From an uncultured Phycisphaerales bacterium (GTDB lineage Bacteria > Planctomycetota > Phycisphaerae > Phycisphaerales > UBA1924), in NCBI GenBank assembly GCA_963975575.1, contig CAXBHL010000001.1, forward strand, positions 717,032 to 781,031: a DNA stretch of 64,000 nt, written 5' to 3'. Within the stretch, counting starts at the first letter, position 1. The number at the start of each line of letters is the position of its first letter. Positions 62,025-64,000 of the stretch are shown piece by piece. The position numbers were made by a program, and so were the translations under genes. The notes beneath the pieces are model-generated. The model was not told the DNA's origin and did not search any database. It was given only the letters and a program-made list of their open reading frames with translations.

Positions 62025-62205
62025 CAGTCTGTACCCACACACGAGAGAGGGGAGGAGGCCGCAACGAAACGCGGACATGGGGTGTATTGTGGCAGGGTTT
62101 ACCTCCCCCCGCAACGGGTGAACCCACCCATCCTTGTGGAGGGATACAGTATTTCTTGCACGCCGGCTCCCCGGTCCGGGAACGGCCGTTCCAGAAAGGC
62201 CCCCG

Positions 62206-62934
62206 ATGCCCGCCAAGCAACGATCCACGCCCGCCGAATGCTTCGCCGACCTTCGTGATACCGGTGTCCTGCGGGACGGCATGATGTGCATGGTGGGGGG
62301 GTTCGGGCTCTGCGGCATCCCCGAGCAGCTCATCATCGCCCTGCGTGACACCGGGGTCACCGGCATCACCTGCGTCTCCAACAACGCTGGCGTGGACGAC
62401 TGGGGCCTGGGGCTGCTGCTGGCCACCAAGCAGATCAAAAAGATGATCTCCAGCTATGTGGGAGAGAACGAGGAGTTCGCCCGCCAGTTCCTGGCCGGGG
62501 AACTCGAGGTCGAGTTCAACCCCCAGGGCACGCTGGCCGAGCGGGTGCGGGCCGGCGGCGCGGGCATTCCCGCCTTCTTCACCGCCACGGGCGTGGGTAC
62601 CGTGGTGGCCGAGGGCAAGGAGGTCCGCACCTTCGCCACCCCTAACGGCGGGCAGGAGCGTGACTTCGTGATGGAGTCCGGCCTGTTCGGCGACCTGGCC
62701 CTGGTCAAGGCCTGGAAAGCCGACGAAGCGGGCAACCTGGTCTACCGACGCACCGCCCGCAACTTCAACCCCGAGATGGCCACGGCCGCGAAGTTCTGCA
62801 TCGCCGAGGTCGAAGAGGTGGTGCCGCTGGGCGCCATCGACCCCGACGACGTGCACACACCGGGCAACTTCGTGGACCGGTTCGTGGTGACCAAGTCGGA
62901 GAAGCGGATCGAGCAGCGGACGGTGAGCAAGTGA
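62206..62934 (+). CDS. 3-oxoacid CoA-transferase subunit A (ScoA/AtoD family)
   Basis: [24 protein letters not shown] and AGGAGIP motifs. AAAGG lies upstream of ATG 62206. Confidence 0.85.
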   Translation: MPAKQRSTPAECFADLRDTGVLRDGMMCMVGGFGLCGIPEQLIIALRDTGVTGITCVSNNAGVDDWGLGLLLATKQIKKMISSYVGENEEFARQFLAGELEVEFNPQGTLAERVRAGGAGIPAFFTATGVGTVVAEGKEVRTFATPNGGQERDFVMESGLFGDLALVKAWKADEAGNLVYRRTARNFNPEMATAAKFCIAEVEEVVPLGAIDPDDVHTPGNFVDRFVVTKSEKRIEQRTVSK

Positions 62935-63347
62935 GCATCCCCGAATCTGCCGCGTTCCCCGCCGGTTCGGCCCGTGTTCAACCCGAGGGGATGCTGGTCC
63001 GCTACCTCACCCGAACGCATCCGGCGGCCATCTTCGTCCATGCGATCTTGTTGCTCCTCGCCGCGCCGGTACTCAACGCGATTGAGTTGTGGCTCCAGCC
63101 CGGCGGCGTCGGGTTCGGCAGCTATCTCGACATGACGCTCGCCGGAGCCGATTCGTCTTACCTTCAAGCGCACGCGGACGGACCGGTCAATCCGCTGAGT
63201 TCGGGACTGATATGGGTGATCCGGATCGCTACCCGCGTGGTTGCCACGCTCGGCTACGCCCTGCCCGTCTGGGCCGCGGCGCGTCTGATCGCCGACGCCC
63301 TCCGCCCGCGTGGACTTCCGACATCTCAGGTTCCGTCTTCGGCCTGA
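62931..63347 (+). CDS. Hypothetical membrane protein, weakly supported. It is not the CoA-transferase B subunit
   Basis: GTG start overlaps the CoA-transferase A stop. One or two TM helices. No motif. Low coding confidence. Confidence 0.3.
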   Translation: MSIPESAAFPAGSARVQPEGMLVRYLTRTHPAAIFVHAILLLLAAPVLNAIELWLQPGGVGFGSYLDMTLAGADSSYLQAHADGPVNPLSSGLIWVIRIATRVVATLGYALPVWAAARLIADALRPRGLPTSQVPSSA

Positions 63348-63547
63348 ACCGCCGCTCCGTCATGCTCGAAGATCTGCTCGATCGGCATTCGGAACAGCGC
63401 CGCGATGCGGAAGGCCAACGGCAGGCTCGGGTCGTACTTGCCCGTCTCGATCGCGTTGACGGTCTGGCGCGAGACGCCCAGACGCACGGCCAGGTCGCCC
63501 TGCGTCCAGTCACGCTCGGCCCGGAGCACTTTCAATCGGTTCTTCAC
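63326..63547 (-). CDS. XRE (Cro/C1-type HTH) family transcriptional regulator
   Basis: VKNRLKVLRAERDWTQGDLAVRLGVSRQTVNAIETGKYDPSLPLAFRIAALF is a classic HTH_3 pattern. A GTG start abuts the stop of the upstream membrane protein gene. My nucleotide count for the GTG is off by one against the track, so the start coordinate is +/-1. Confidence 0.7.
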   Translation of the reverse strand: MKNRLKVLRAERDWTQGDLAVRLGVSRQTVNAIETGKYDPSLPLAFRIAALFRMPIEQIFEHDGAAVQAEDGT

Positions 63548-63972
63548 CGGAAGCGCCCCCGCCACACGACCACACCGCCGATGTAACCGACGCACACCGC
63601 CATGTAGACCACGGGCCAGCCGGGCTCGAGCCCGTGGCTCTCCAGCAGGCTGACCGCCGGCCACACCACAAAGCCGAGGCCCAAACCGGTCGCCAGCGCC
63701 CGCAGGTGGATCTCGCGGTTCAGATCGTCCGTGCGGCTCAGGTACCGCACAAAGGCCCAGACCACCGGCAGCGCCATCGCGGACGCAACGAGTGCGGCGA
63801 CCCAGCCGCGGGCGCTGATGCCCGCCGCGTCGTCGCCCTGGTTCATCACGGCGGCCGCGGCGATCACCGCGCCGACCCAGGCCAGGCTGGTCGCCAGCAG
63901 CGGGATCATGCTCTGGCGGTCCTGCGGGGCGGCGTCGTCGCACGCGTTCAGATAGGGGATGTGCTTGGGCAT
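63544..63972 (-). CDS. Membrane protein with four TM helices, co-transcribed with the XRE regulator
   Basis: ATG 63972 with AAGGAG 8 nt upstream. Hydrophobic 142-aa product. The stop overlaps the XRE start. Confidence 0.6.
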   Translation of the reverse strand: MPKHIPYLNACDDAAPQDRQSMIPLLATSLAWVGAVIAAAAVMNQGDDAAGISARGWVAALVASAMALPVVWAFVRYLSRTDDLNREIHLRALATGLGLGFVVWPAVSLLESHGLEPGWPVVYMAVCVGYIGGVVVWRGRFR

Positions 63973-64000
63973 GTCATGTCTCCTTGACAGTGTTCTTCGG

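Noticed and set aside
62931-63347. Possibility that this ORF is the CoA-transferase B subunit
   Set aside because: The product lacks the ScoB/AtoA signatures, is hydrophobic and is only 138 aa.

Overview
High-GC (about 68-70%) bacterial chromosomal segment. The gene content suggests Planctomycetota or a related PVC-group organism: PEP-CTERM protein, DUF1800, TAT-exported ankyrin, sulfotransferases, the futalosine-type gene neighbourhood and strong GGAGG ribosome-binding sites. The core of the window (2.9-18.8 kb) is a respiratory supercluster: an alternative complex III operon (actABCDEF), followed by a small His-rich membrane protein, a SCO1/SenC copper chaperone, and a caa3-type cytochrome c oxidase operon (coxB with a fused cytochrome c domain, coxA, coxC, coxD) plus an uncharacterised two-TM protein. 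A large polytopic membrane protein is transcribed divergently from the act operon. Downstream is a System II cytochrome c biogenesis pair (an unusually long ResB/Ccs1 and a CcsA with a roughly 290-aa N-terminal periplasmic extension), convergent with a Cys-less thioredoxin-fold lipoprotein. The rest is housekeeping and accessory genes: OmpA-family lipoprotein, amidohydrolase, Mpg DNA glycosylase, AI-2E transporter, Ffh, SPFH protein, tRNA-Phe(GAA), a secreted GH13 enzyme, two sulfotransferase-like proteins, PolX, RecG, DUF971, PyrF, a PEP-CTERM protein, an orphan NuoI, a class I/II aminotransferase, a LOG-family protein, an Eis-like GNAT, a class IV aminotransferase, a TAT-ankyrin protein, an esterase, an MFS transporter, ThrS, a PadR operon with a palindromic operator and a HAAS-TM-SLBB partner protein, NrdR, a LuxR regulator, an orphan CoA-transferase A subunit, and an XRE regulator with a membrane partner. 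Translational coupling through ATGA/GTGA/TGATG overlaps is frequent. I found no CRISPR array, transposase or integrase. Many very long ORFs on the opposite strand of real genes are GC-bias artefacts. All functional calls rest on motif and architecture recognition by eye, not on database searches.
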